Virus record (IMG/VR): IMGVR_UViG_3300021426_000082
Reading direction: 5' to 3' (one strand)
Source of the DNA: an uncultured virus (IMG/VR IMGVR_UViG_3300021426_000082)
Lineage: Duplodnaviria > Heunggongvirae > Uroviricota > Caudoviricetes
DNA: 25,715 nt
The notes beneath the pieces were generated by a model. That model searched no databases. It was not told where the DNA came from and saw nothing but the letters and a program-made list of their open reading frames with translations. Both the position numbers and the translations under genes were made by a program. How positions within the stretch are numbered: position 1 is the stretch's first letter; each line of letters begins with the position of its first letter. This document shows positions 1 through 7,994 of the stretch, one piece after another.

Positions 1-1
1 C

Positions 2-442
2 CGAAGGGTATATGAAAGCGGAAAGACAAGGCAATTAACACCTTGGCATCGTAAGATGAGAGGAAGTCCCCGGCTTGTAGTCAAGCTGACCCACGAAGGA
101 AAGAGCAGGGAGGCCGTGGTCTTAGGTCTTGTGGCCCTGACGTTCATAGGGCCTCGTCCAGAGGGATACGTGCCATATCACATAAACGGTATGCAGAGCG
201 ATAACAGCGTCAGGAACATTGCGTATATATCCAGAAAAGAACTTGGACGACTGACCGGACCGGGAGCACGCAGAAAGCCAGTGGCTAAGATAGACGCTAC
301 AGGAAATGTGGTCGAATACTATTCGTCTGCAAGGGAAGCGGGCAGAAAGAATCATATGTCATATCAGGCCATCTTGGACAGGTGCAACGGAAAAATAAAG
401 AACCCCACGGCTCTTGATGGACATAACTATTTATGGGATTGA
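2..442 (+). CDS. HNH homing endonuclease-like protein (HNH_3 + C-terminal NUMOD1-like domain), 5'-truncated
   Basis: Frame open from base 2. LVALTFIGPRPEG..YHINGMQSDNSVRNI matches the HNH_3 pattern; KPVAKID..GNVVEYYSSAREAGR..I..RCNGK is a NUMOD1-like tail. Confidence 0.8.
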   Translation, partial: RRVYESGKTRQLTPWHRKMRGSPRLVVKLTHEGKSREAVVLGLVALTFIGPRPEGYVPYHINGMQSDNSVRNIAYISRKELGRLTGPGARRKPVAKIDATGNVVEYYSSAREAGRKNHMSYQAILDRCNGKIKNPTALDGHNYLWD

Positions 443-1224
443 AAGGAAAATACATGGGGATAGAACTTCTATCTGGCGACTGCTTAGAGTTAATGGGCCA
501 TATCCCTGACAAATCAATAGACATGGTTCTCTGTGATTTGCCCTATGGAATATTAAATAAAAGCAATCCGAAAGCAAAATGGGATTCAGTGATCAGTTTT
601 GATAAGTTGTGGGAACAGTATAAACGGATAACAAAAGACAATGCTGCAATCGTCCTTTTTGGAAGTGGCATGTTTACCGCAAGACTGATGCAGTCGAATG
701 AAAAGATGTGGCGATACAACCTCGTGTGGGACAAGGTAATGAAAAGCGGTTTCCTTAATGCGAACCGTATGCCACTTAGACAGAATGAGGACATATGTGT
801 TTTCTACAAAAGATTGCCGACGTACAATCCGCAGATGGAAAAATGTGCTCCACATAAGCGGAACCACACCAGGGGGAACATGCTCAACCAGACAGAGAAT
901 AATTGCTACGGTGAGTTTAAGAACGTCCAGACAATCATATCGGATGAGAAGTACCCGACAAGCATAATCTCTATTCCAAAAGAACATTCGGTAGGAAAGT
1001 TTTTCCACCCGGCACAGAAACCCGTTGCCCTATTGGAATACCTTATCAGGACATTCACAAACGATGGTGACACTGTACTTGATAACTGCATGGGTAGCGG
1101 TTCAACAGGGGTTGCTTGCGTCAACACAAACCGGAACTTCATAGGGATTGAGATAGACAGTGATTATTTCAATATAGCGGTAAACAGGATTCACGAAGCA
1201 GAAGAAAGGAAAAAGCATGAGTAA
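433..1224 (+). CDS. Site-specific DNA methyltransferase (N6-adenine/N4-cytosine, beta arrangement)
   Basis: GDCLELM, catalytic DLPY, HPAQKPVALLEYLI, SAM-binding DNCMGSGSTG..GIEID; true start may be ATG 454. Confidence 0.93.
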   Translation: MGLKGKYMGIELLSGDCLELMGHIPDKSIDMVLCDLPYGILNKSNPKAKWDSVISFDKLWEQYKRITKDNAAIVLFGSGMFTARLMQSNEKMWRYNLVWDKVMKSGFLNANRMPLRQNEDICVFYKRLPTYNPQMEKCAPHKRNHTRGNMLNQTENNCYGEFKNVQTIISDEKYPTSIISIPKEHSVGKFFHPAQKPVALLEYLIRTFTNDGDTVLDNCMGSGSTGVACVNTNRNFIGIEIDSDYFNIAVNRIHEAEERKKHE

Positions 1225-1399
1225 GAAAAGAAAGAAACAGAAGATCAGAATCAGATTTAGAGACGGAAAAATCGACATCATCCCGCAGAAGTTCTGGGAC
1301 GATTACGAGGTCAACGGCGGCCTGTTCGTCATAAAGAAGAAGGGCGCATGGGTGGCTTTCTATCAGATGGACATCATCGAGTGCATGGTAGTCGGCTGA
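1217..1399 (+). CDS. Hypothetical protein (60 aa)
   Basis: SD AAGGA; overlaps the MTase stop. Confidence 0.7.
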   Translation: MSKKRKKQKIRIRFRDGKIDIIPQKFWDDYEVNGGLFVIKKKGAWVAFYQMDIIECMVVG

Positions 1400-1439
1400 G
1401 GTTTCGAAAATTGTGAGGTTCACAAAGAAAGGAAATTGT

Positions 1440-1661
1440 ATGACAGTCTATATCTTTACGTCATTTCCGAACCTCCCTGACAGAATGGAAAAGACAGAAC
1501 TTGTAGCTGCATCCATTGCAAAAGGTGAAGAGGAAATGCGCAAGCGGTATCCGGATATGAAAAGTGTAGGTAATAACCACTACTTACTTAACACAACGGA
1601 TGGACGTTCCATTGATCATAAGCTCCTTGGAAAAGTACGCGCCTGGAACGTGGTGGAATGA
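1440..1661 (+). CDS. Hypothetical protein, paralogue of 3072..3293
   Basis: SD AAGGA before ATG 1440; TVYIFTSF...HKLLGKVRAWNVVE aligns with TVYVFSSF...HKLLGNVREYTLVE. Confidence 0.8.
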   Translation: MTVYIFTSFPNLPDRMEKTELVAASIAKGEEEMRKRYPDMKSVGNNHYLLNTTDGRSIDHKLLGKVRAWNVVE

Positions 1662-3055
1662 ATAGGAAAGAGATTGAAATGAAAGAACCGTTAATAATTG
1701 ACTTATTCGCGGGAGGCGGCGGTGCTTCGGTCGGAATCGAGATGGCGCTTGGTCGGTGCGTAGATATTGCCGTAAACCATGACGAGATGGCAATCAAAAT
1801 GCACGAAACCAATCACCCTGACACACTGCATCTGACCGAGGATATTTTCGCAGTTGACTTAAAAGAATATGTTGGCGGAAAGAAAGTCGCTCTTGTCTGG
1901 GCCTCGCCGGATTGTACGGGCCACTCCAAAGCTAAAGGCGGGCAACCAAGGAACAGAGGATTAAGGGTGCTTCCGTGGGCGGTATATAAACATGCGAAAG
2001 CGATTAGACCTTCAGTCATCATCATGGAAAATGTGGAAGAAATACAGGATTGGGGGCCTTTGAATGAGCAAGGCAGACCGATTCCGGAAAAGCGCGGAGA
2101 GGATTACCGCAGGTTTATCAATGCCCTGATTCGACTTGGATACGACTTCCAATGCAGAGAACTTGTAGCTGCGGACTACGGTGCGCCTACCACACGGAAA
2201 CGGTGGTATGCAATATTCCGCAATGACGGTCAGCGGATCAAATGGCCTGTTCCGACACACAGCAAGTTTCCTGAGATAACAGGTCTGAAACCTTGGAAGC
2301 CATGCGGTGATTACATCGATTGGTCTGATTTGGGCAAGTCGATTTTTGACAGGAAGAAACCGCTTGCCGAAAAGACCCAGCGCAGGATTGCGAACGGAAT
2401 CAAAAAATTCATAATCGACAATCCGAATCCGTACATTGTTGACGATGACAGGGCGGCGGCATTTCTTATCCAGTATCATTCCGAGACTAAAAATGAAGCC
2501 GTCAGGGGACAGAATCTTTCCGAACCGATACAGACCATTGATACATCAAATCGGTACGGCCTTGTGACTGCCTTTATCACGAAATATTACAAGTCGGGTA
2601 TCGGACAGGGCTTAGATGAACCGTTGCATACGATCACAACATCTCCCGGTCACTTCGGTCTGGTATCTGCCTTCTTAACTAAATATTACGGGGCAGATAA
2701 GGATGGACAGCCGTTATCGGAACCGCTTGGAACGATTGTGACAAAGGACAGATTCGGACTTGTGACTGTAATCATTGACGGAGACAGATATGCGATTACT
2801 GATATTTTTCTGAGGATGTTAAAGCCGGAAGAATTGAAGCTGATGCAAGGTTTTCCAAAGGATTACATCATTGACAGAGATGCAGATTTCAATCCATACC
2901 CAAAAACACAGCAGGTAGCGAGGATTGGTAATTCGGTCGTTCCGATCATGGCAAAAGCACTTGTCGAAGCGAACTGCGGATACTTGAAAGTTGGGGAAAG
3001 ACAGCCGAATCCAGCATACCAGGCTGACGGGAACCAGTTACGGTTCATTGTTTAA
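1658..3055 (+). CDS. DNA (cytosine-5)-methyltransferase, phage type
   Basis: Motif I DLFAGGGG, catalytic SPDC, motif VI MENV, motif VIII RKRW, motif IX RMLKPEEL..QGFP, motif X IGNSV. Confidence 0.95.
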   Translation: MNRKEIEMKEPLIIDLFAGGGGASVGIEMALGRCVDIAVNHDEMAIKMHETNHPDTLHLTEDIFAVDLKEYVGGKKVALVWASPDCTGHSKAKGGQPRNRGLRVLPWAVYKHAKAIRPSVIIMENVEEIQDWGPLNEQGRPIPEKRGEDYRRFINALIRLGYDFQCRELVAADYGAPTTRKRWYAIFRNDGQRIKWPVPTHSKFPEITGLKPWKPCGDYIDWSDLGKSIFDRKKPLAEKTQRRIANGIKKFIIDNPNPYIVDDDRAAAFLIQYHSETKNEAVRGQNLSEPIQTIDTSNRYGLVTAFITKYYKSGIGQGLDEPLHTITTSPGHFGLVSAFLTKYYGADKDGQPLSEPLGTIVTKDRFGLVTVIIDGDRYAITDIFLRMLKPEELKLMQGFPKDYIIDRDADFNPYPKTQQVARIGNSVVPIMAKALVEANCGYLKVGERQPNPAYQADGNQLRFIV

Positions 3056-3071
3056 CACGAAAGGAGAAACC

Positions 3072-3293
3072 ATGAAAACAGTTTACGTATTTTCCTCATT
3101 TCTTCCGTTTCAGCCGGAACACATTGAGGTGGTAAGCGCAACGAGAAAAGCCGGAGAAAAAGCACTTAGAGCGCAGTTTCCGCACATGAAAGCAACGGGC
3201 GATGACACATACATCCTCGATGCAAGGCTCAAAATTCTCAACAAGGAGCATAAACTTTTGGGAAATGTGCGTGAGTACACTCTGGTCGAATAG
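3072..3293 (+). CDS. Hypothetical protein, paralogue of 1440..1661
   Basis: SD AAGGAG before ATG 3072; aligned similarity to 1440..1661. Confidence 0.8.
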   Translation: MKTVYVFSSFLPFQPEHIEVVSATRKAGEKALRAQFPHMKATGDDTYILDARLKILNKEHKLLGNVREYTLVE

Positions 3294-3306
3294 TGAAAGG
3301 AGAGAG

Positions 3307-3648
3307 GTGGATAAATTAGCAATCGGAATAGGCACAATTATCGGCGCGTGTTCTGCGATTTTCATGCAGAATGTAATGATTCTGAGAGAAATCAGGCACA
3401 TGTGGCTGTCGATAAACAGGGTGCAGGACGCTGAGTTAAAAGTCTTGAAGACGAGCAAAGAAAGGCTTGACGTACATATGGAAGCGTTAAACAGCATCGC
3501 TGATTCACAGGTGAAGTTGGCGAACACGATAATTCTCTTATACGGAAAGGAGCAAAATGCAGGACAAAGTAGATGTGGGGAAGATTTCAGTAACGAAGCA
3601 GATGTTAGCGTTACGGAATCTGGAAGCGACGGACGCAAGGAAGATTAA
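3307..3648 (+). CDS. Hypothetical membrane-anchored coiled-coil protein
   Basis: SD AAGGAG, GTG start; N-terminal hydrophobic LAIGIGTIIGACSAIF. Confidence 0.6.
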   Translation: MDKLAIGIGTIIGACSAIFMQNVMILREIRHMWLSINRVQDAELKVLKTSKERLDVHMEALNSIADSQVKLANTIILLYGKEQNAGQSRCGEDFSNEADVSVTESGSDGRKED

Positions 3649-3850
3649 GGACAGGAAGGACAGCGACTTGTGGTATGCGGTCTATTACCACAACGGCAGG
3701 TTTGTCACGCTTGGCAACAGGAATGGAAACGCAATTACAAAACATGAGTTTCCGACACTGGCAAAGATGCACAAGGCGTTCAAAGACCATGGATATGAGT
3801 TCCACAAGGCAGGCAAGGACGATGTAAATATGCGTGGTTGCTACGTGTAA
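3557..3850 (+). CDS. Hypothetical protein
   Basis: SD AAGGAG before ATG 3557; overlaps the previous ORF by about 90 nt. Confidence 0.65.
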   Translation: MQDKVDVGKISVTKQMLALRNLEATDARKIKDRKDSDLWYAVYYHNGRFVTLGNRNGNAITKHEFPTLAKMHKAFKDHGYEFHKAGKDDVNMRGCYV

Positions 3851-3864
3851 AAAAGGGGGTGTGA

Positions 3865-4038
3865 ATGAATTACCCGGCTCAGATTTATAAGTGCATTGAG
3901 ATAATGAACAGCACCAAAGACGAGGAGGAACTTGATCAGCAGTATGAACATGCAGTCGAGCTCCTGAGTGCCTTCTGTAAAGAACGCGCAGATAACTTAA
4001 TGGAGTATGAGCGCATATTGGGAAAAAAGAAATTATGA
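3865..4038 (+). CDS. Hypothetical protein (57 aa, MNYPAQIYKC...ILGKKKL)
   Basis: Translated by hand; SD GGGGGTG; ATGA overlap with the next ORF. Confidence 0.6.
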   Translation: MNYPAQIYKCIEIMNSTKDEEELDQQYEHAVELLSAFCKERADNLMEYERILGKKKL

Positions 4039-4214
4039 TTTACACAATCCATTATTCAGAACCTTTTAGCACAACAGAGGAAACAAAATCATACAACGCA
4101 AAAGATTCTGCCGAGGCTATACGTGCTTTCAGGCGCGATATTCCCGTCGGCAAAATCAATCTTTTGAGAATGGAGCATGGGCATGGAACAACAGAAGAAA
4201 CGATTAAAATGTGA
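4035..4214 (+). CDS. Hypothetical protein (59 aa, MIYTIHYSEP...)
   Basis: Translated by hand; fills the gap to the next MTase. Confidence 0.5.
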   Translation: MIYTIHYSEPFSTTEETKSYNAKDSAEAIRAFRRDIPVGKINLLRMEHGHGTTEETIKM

Positions 4215-5034
4215 ACTTTATAACGACAGTATGCAGAACTGGAAGAAGTACCCTATTCATAAGGCGCAGCTTGTCATAGCGGACCCGCCTTACTGCATCG
4301 GAACGAACTTCTACGGCAGTAATCCTGTCTGGTATAAAGGCGGCGACAACAAGAATGGTGAGAGCAAGCTGGCCGGAAAGTCTGCGTTTGCAAGTGATTT
4401 CAACTTCAATCTGTATGAATACTTCCATTTCTGCAGTCAGCTTATGAGGAAGGAACCAAAACGAGGTGGCGCGCGTGGTCGTTCATCCGATGCTCCTTGC
4501 ATGATCGTGTTCTGTAGCTTTGACCAACAGCACACTTTAATTCAGGCGGCGGCTAAACATGGATTCGTACATTATATTCCGCTTACATTCGTGAAGAAAT
4601 CCAGTCCGCAGGCGTTAAAGGCCAACATGCGGATTGTGGGAGCGACAGAGCGAGCACTTCTTTTCTATCGCAGTTATCTTCCTAAGTTCCGGAATGGTGC
4701 TGAATATGACCAGGAAACGGGCAGGGCAATCAGGGGAACCGGTCACATGGTTCTTGACTGGTTTGAGTACACGCGTGACGGAAAAGACATACCGAAGATC
4801 CATCCAACACAGAAGCCGGTTGCCGTTCTCAAAAGGTTGATTGAGATTTGCACAGACCCTGGGGACGTAGTAATTGATCCATGTTTCGGTTCAGGTTCAA
4901 CAGCAAGAGCGTGTTTAGAAACGGGCCGCAGCTTTTACGGATTTGAGATTAACAAAGAGTTCTATCGGCGCGCAAAAGACGAGATGATCGTACTTCCGGA
5001 GCATAGACAGATGGAACTGAAAGACATCATGTAG
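4177..5034 (+). CDS. Site-specific DNA methyltransferase (N6-adenine/N4-cytosine, beta arrangement)
   Basis: Catalytic DPPY, HPTQKPV, SAM-binding DPCFGSGST..GFEI. Confidence 0.93.
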   Translation: MGMEQQKKRLKCELYNDSMQNWKKYPIHKAQLVIADPPYCIGTNFYGSNPVWYKGGDNKNGESKLAGKSAFASDFNFNLYEYFHFCSQLMRKEPKRGGARGRSSDAPCMIVFCSFDQQHTLIQAAAKHGFVHYIPLTFVKKSSPQALKANMRIVGATERALLFYRSYLPKFRNGAEYDQETGRAIRGTGHMVLDWFEYTRDGKDIPKIHPTQKPVAVLKRLIEICTDPGDVVIDPCFGSGSTARACLETGRSFYGFEINKEFYRRAKDEMIVLPEHRQMELKDIM

Positions 5035-5043
5035 GTAACATAT

Positions 5044-6096
5044 ATGAGATTAGGATTGCCATATAAAGGCAGTAAAAATGCTATTGCAAATTGGATTGTT
5101 GACAATCTACCTCCCTCTGATACATTATGCGATATATTTTTTGGAGGTGGGGCAGTAACACACGCGGCAATGTTAAGGGGGAAATATGATAATTTCATCA
5201 TCAATGACATTGATGGTCGTATGCCGAGATTATTCTTAGATGCTATCCATGGTAAATACACTATGGAAAATCACAAAGAATGGATTACGCGCGAGGAGTT
5301 CAATGCCAAAAAGGAAACGGACGGTTACATAGCTATTGTCTGGTCATTCGGGAATAATGGTGTTGATTATATCTACGGTGAGAACCAGGTAAAACAGAAA
5401 CATGCGCTTCATATGGCCGTGTTTTTCAACGATGTAAGCGAACTTAACGCACTCGGCATAGATGTAAAGCCTTCTGAGATAAATGACTTGTATGAGCGTT
5501 ATACGTGGTTCAAAAAGGAAATCAGAAAGGCGTATGGACGACTTGAAGCACAACATGTGGAAGCAATAAAGAACCTCGAAAACATGAAAATGCCGCGCGT
5601 AGAATTAGAAACCGCAGAGAGATTAAAGACGCTTGAAAAGATGGGCGATATTCAGAACATATCCCGCCACATTGCCGCGGAGCGCCTGCAGGTTTTGGAA
5701 AGGCTACAGGCGTTAGAGGGGCTACAGGCGTTAGAGGGGCTACAGGCGTTAGAGGGGGATTATCAAGACATTGTTATTCCTGCTGGCTCTGTAATATATT
5801 GTGATCCGCCTTACTCAAACACAAACTGCGGAAAGTACAAAGGGTTTGATTCTGAACGTTTCCATGAATGGGCGCGAAAGCAGGACAACATATTCATATC
5901 TGAGTATCAAATGCCTGACGACTTTATTCTGGTGGCAGACATTGAAAAGACAGTATTGGCAGACGGTTACTCTGTAGGACGGGCAAAAGAGAGATTATAT
6001 ACGAATCAGAAAACATGGGACAATCTTCCTGCTGATTTCAAAGAGCGTGTAAGTTTCAACACGGCAGAACAGATGGATATTTTTTCTTTTGTTTAG
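5044..6096 (+). CDS. Dam/D12-class N6-adenine DNA methyltransferase (alpha arrangement)
   Basis: LPYKGSK, DIFFGGGAV, IINDID, late YCDPPY, ISEY. Confidence 0.88.
   Translation: MRLGLPYKGSKNAIANWIVDNLPPSDTLCDIFFGGGAVTHAAMLRGKYDNFIINDIDGRMPRLFLDAIHGKYTMENHKEWITREEFNAKKETDGYIAIVWSFGNNGVDYIYGENQVKQKHALHMAVFFNDVSELNALGIDVKPSEINDLYERYTWFKKEIRKAYGRLEAQHVEAIKNLENMKMPRVELETAERLKTLEKMGDIQNISRHIAAERLQVLERLQALEGLQALEGLQALEGDYQDIVIPAGSVIYCDPPYSNTNCGKYKGFDSERFHEWARKQDNIFISEYQMPDDFILVADIEKTVLADGYSVGRAKERLYTNQKTWDNLPADFKERVSFNTAEQMDIFSFV
5702..5755 (+). repeat. In-frame 18-bp tandem repeat x3 (GGCTACAGGCGTTAGAGG), encoding LQALEG
   Basis: Three perfect copies at 5702, 5720, 5738. Confidence 0.95.
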
Positions 6097-6136
6097 TCCT
6101 ACAAAGAATACATAGAAACAACACATGATGTATTAG

Positions 6137-6349
6137 GTGGCTGATATGGATAGAACGATTTACGTTGAAATCAAAGACAAGTTGTTATGGTCCGCAGAAG
6201 AAGCGTCTGCTATGACCGGAATCGGAATCAATAAGATTTATGAAATGCTGAAAGACCCGCGATGCACATTCTCAATTCAGAACGGGAGAAACAAGTTGAT
6301 ACATGCAGGACGCTTCAGAAAATTTTTAGAAGGTTGCACTATCATTTAG
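6137..6349 (+). CDS. xis: Excisionase (Xis, HTH_17/MerR-like)
   Basis: KLLWSAEEASAMTGIGINKIYEM...NGRNKLI..F.KFL; directly upstream of the integrase; start may be ATG 6146. Confidence 0.85.
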   Translation: MADMDRTIYVEIKDKLLWSAEEASAMTGIGINKIYEMLKDPRCTFSIQNGRNKLIHAGRFRKFLEGCTII

Positions 6350-6360
6350 TAATGTCTGGA

Positions 6361-6409
6361 AAGGGCTTGTGCGGTATAATTAAGATATACCGCTAAGTCC
6401 TTTTTCTTT
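6361..6409 (+). terminator. Hairpin plus U-tract between xis and int, containing a TATAAT -10 box
   Basis: GCGGTATA..TATACCGC perfect IR extended by AAGGGCTT/AAGTCCTT, followed by TTTTTCTTT; TATAAT at 6375-6380. Confidence 0.6.
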
Positions 6410-6426
6410 ACGATAGGAGGACTACG

Positions 6427-7599
6427 ATGGGAAAGAACCTTAAAGGAAAGGAGATTGGAAGTGGTATCTGCCAGAGAAAGGACGGTATTTATATGGGCAG
6501 ATACACTGACATGTACGGCAAACGTAAAGCAATTTATAACAAGTCACTGGCACAACTGAAAAGAGATTTGAAACAACTGCAGGCGGACGCGGAATACGGT
6601 AAATCTGTAAAAGAGAACCTTACACTGGACAAATGGTACGAACGGTGGATGGAGATTTATAAAAAGCCTTCTGTCCGCGGTGATTCCATATCGCAATACG
6701 CGATTGTCTACCGCAAATCAATCGGCCCATATTTGGGGTTCATGCAGATAAAGGACATTAATAAGAGCCACGTCCAGGAATTGATCAATATTGCTGCGGA
6801 ACACGGTTACAAATATGAGAGACAAAACAAGATCAAAATCATTATGCGGGATATGATGCAAAGAGCGTTAGAGGATGGCCTGGTTTTCAAGAACCCCGTT
6901 TCCGGAATCAGGTTGCTTGCTGACAGAAATATCAAAGCGCGGTCATTGACCATCTGTGAACAGGAAAAGTTCTTTGAAGCGTGTAAGGGTACGTTCTACG
7001 AAAACGCCTTCAGAGTTGCGGTCAATACAGGACTTCGGCCCGGAGAATTATTCGCGCTGACAAGGAATGATATTGATTTTGAACGAGGGGTTATTAAGGT
7101 GCGAAAGACGCTTGTTTATCAGAAGTACCTCGATGATAACAGAAAAGAGTTTCATATTGAACCGCCAAAAACACCGCAGAGCAATCGTGATGTACCGATC
7201 AATTCAGAGTGCCGGACATACCTGATAAAGCAGTTGGAACTCAAAAAGATTGTGTCAAGCAAATCACCGAAGGAACAGAATGATTATCTGTTCACTACTA
7301 AATTTAATACACCTCTTAATGCTCAGATATTTAACCAGGGGATACATGCGGTAATACGTGATATGAATTTACTGCTCCCGGCCGATGATCAATTCCAGAA
7401 TTTTAGCGGGCATCGGTTTAGACATACCTTTGCTACACGGCTCTTTGATGCAGGTGTGGAACCGAAAGTAGTACAGGAATACCTTGGGCATGCTACATTA
7501 AAGATGACTATGGACCTGTATACCCACGTTACAGAGGACAGAGCAAAGACGGATATTGAAAAGATTGTGCAGAACAAAATCATTGAATTTCCCGCCTGA
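6427..7599 (+). CDS. int: Tyrosine recombinase/integrase with Tn916-like N-terminal arm-binding domain
   Basis: SD AGGAGG; N-terminal QRKDGIYMGRY; catalytic TGLRPGE, PKT, HRFRHTF, LGH, DLYTH. Confidence 0.96.
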   Translation: MGKNLKGKEIGSGICQRKDGIYMGRYTDMYGKRKAIYNKSLAQLKRDLKQLQADAEYGKSVKENLTLDKWYERWMEIYKKPSVRGDSISQYAIVYRKSIGPYLGFMQIKDINKSHVQELINIAAEHGYKYERQNKIKIIMRDMMQRALEDGLVFKNPVSGIRLLADRNIKARSLTICEQEKFFEACKGTFYENAFRVAVNTGLRPGELFALTRNDIDFERGVIKVRKTLVYQKYLDDNRKEFHIEPPKTPQSNRDVPINSECRTYLIKQLELKKIVSSKSPKEQNDYLFTTKFNTPLNAQIFNQGIHAVIRDMNLLLPADDQFQNFSGHRFRHTFATRLFDAGVEPKVVQEYLGHATLKMTMDLYTHVTEDRAKTDIEKIVQNKIIEFPA

Positions 7600-7601
7600 T
7601 T

Positions 7602-7899
7602 TGGTACAGTATTGGTGTAGTAAGAACCTGCGATTGGTGTAGCAACAAGCCGGGAATGGCGTAAATACGTGCTTTCAGAAACCAATGATTTGCAAATGAT
7701 AAACTTATTACGTTTATCAATTAACCCCTTATGATATAAGTACAATATCCGAGGAATTGTGATAAATCCGCGGTTTTCTGGTACTTTTACAGGGTGACAG
7801 GTTGTGACGATAATCATGCAATATCACGTGTTTTCACGCTGATTCATGCCGATTTGGTGTAGTAAATGGTGTAGTAAATTTTTGGAAATTGGTGTAGTA
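7602..7899. other. attP: core TGATAAAC-TTATTAC-GTTTATCA (7697-7719) flanked by six TGGT(G/A)(T/C)AG(T/C)A arm-type repeats
   Basis: Arm repeats at 7602, 7613, 7635 and 7855, 7867, 7890; 8-bp inverted core with 7-bp spacer; immediately 3' of int. Confidence 0.85.
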
Positions 7900-7909
7900 G
7901 GGCTTAGCG

Positions 7910-7945
7910 CAAATTGAAGGGATAAAAATAAATCCCTTTAATTTG
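7910..7945. repeat. Inverted repeat/hairpin just beyond the right attP arm
   Basis: CAAATTGAAGGGAT-8 nt-ATCCCTTTAATTTG (one G.T pair). Confidence 0.6.
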
Positions 7946-7965
7946 ATAATAAATGTACAACGCAG

Positions 7966-7994
7966 TTGACATTTTATATAAACATTGATAAACT
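7966..7994 (+). promoter_or_regulatory. Sigma-A/70 promoter upstream of the rusA operon
   Basis: TTGACA (7966-7971), 17 bp spacer, TAAACT (7989-7994). Confidence 0.75.

Noticed and set aside
433..6096. A complete restriction-modification or BREX/DISARM-type defence system
   Set aside because: No REase, helicase, PglZ or similar partner gene is recognisable; the MTases appear to be orphans in a phage context.
6137..7599. Tn916-like conjugative element rather than phage
   Set aside because: No relaxase or T4SS genes are present, the flanks on both sides are phage-type genes, and both arms are joined as attP.
7602..7899. TGGTGTAGTA repeats as a CRISPR array
   Set aside because: The 10-bp units are irregularly spaced with no spacer-sized periodicity and no cas genes; position and pattern fit integrase arm sites.
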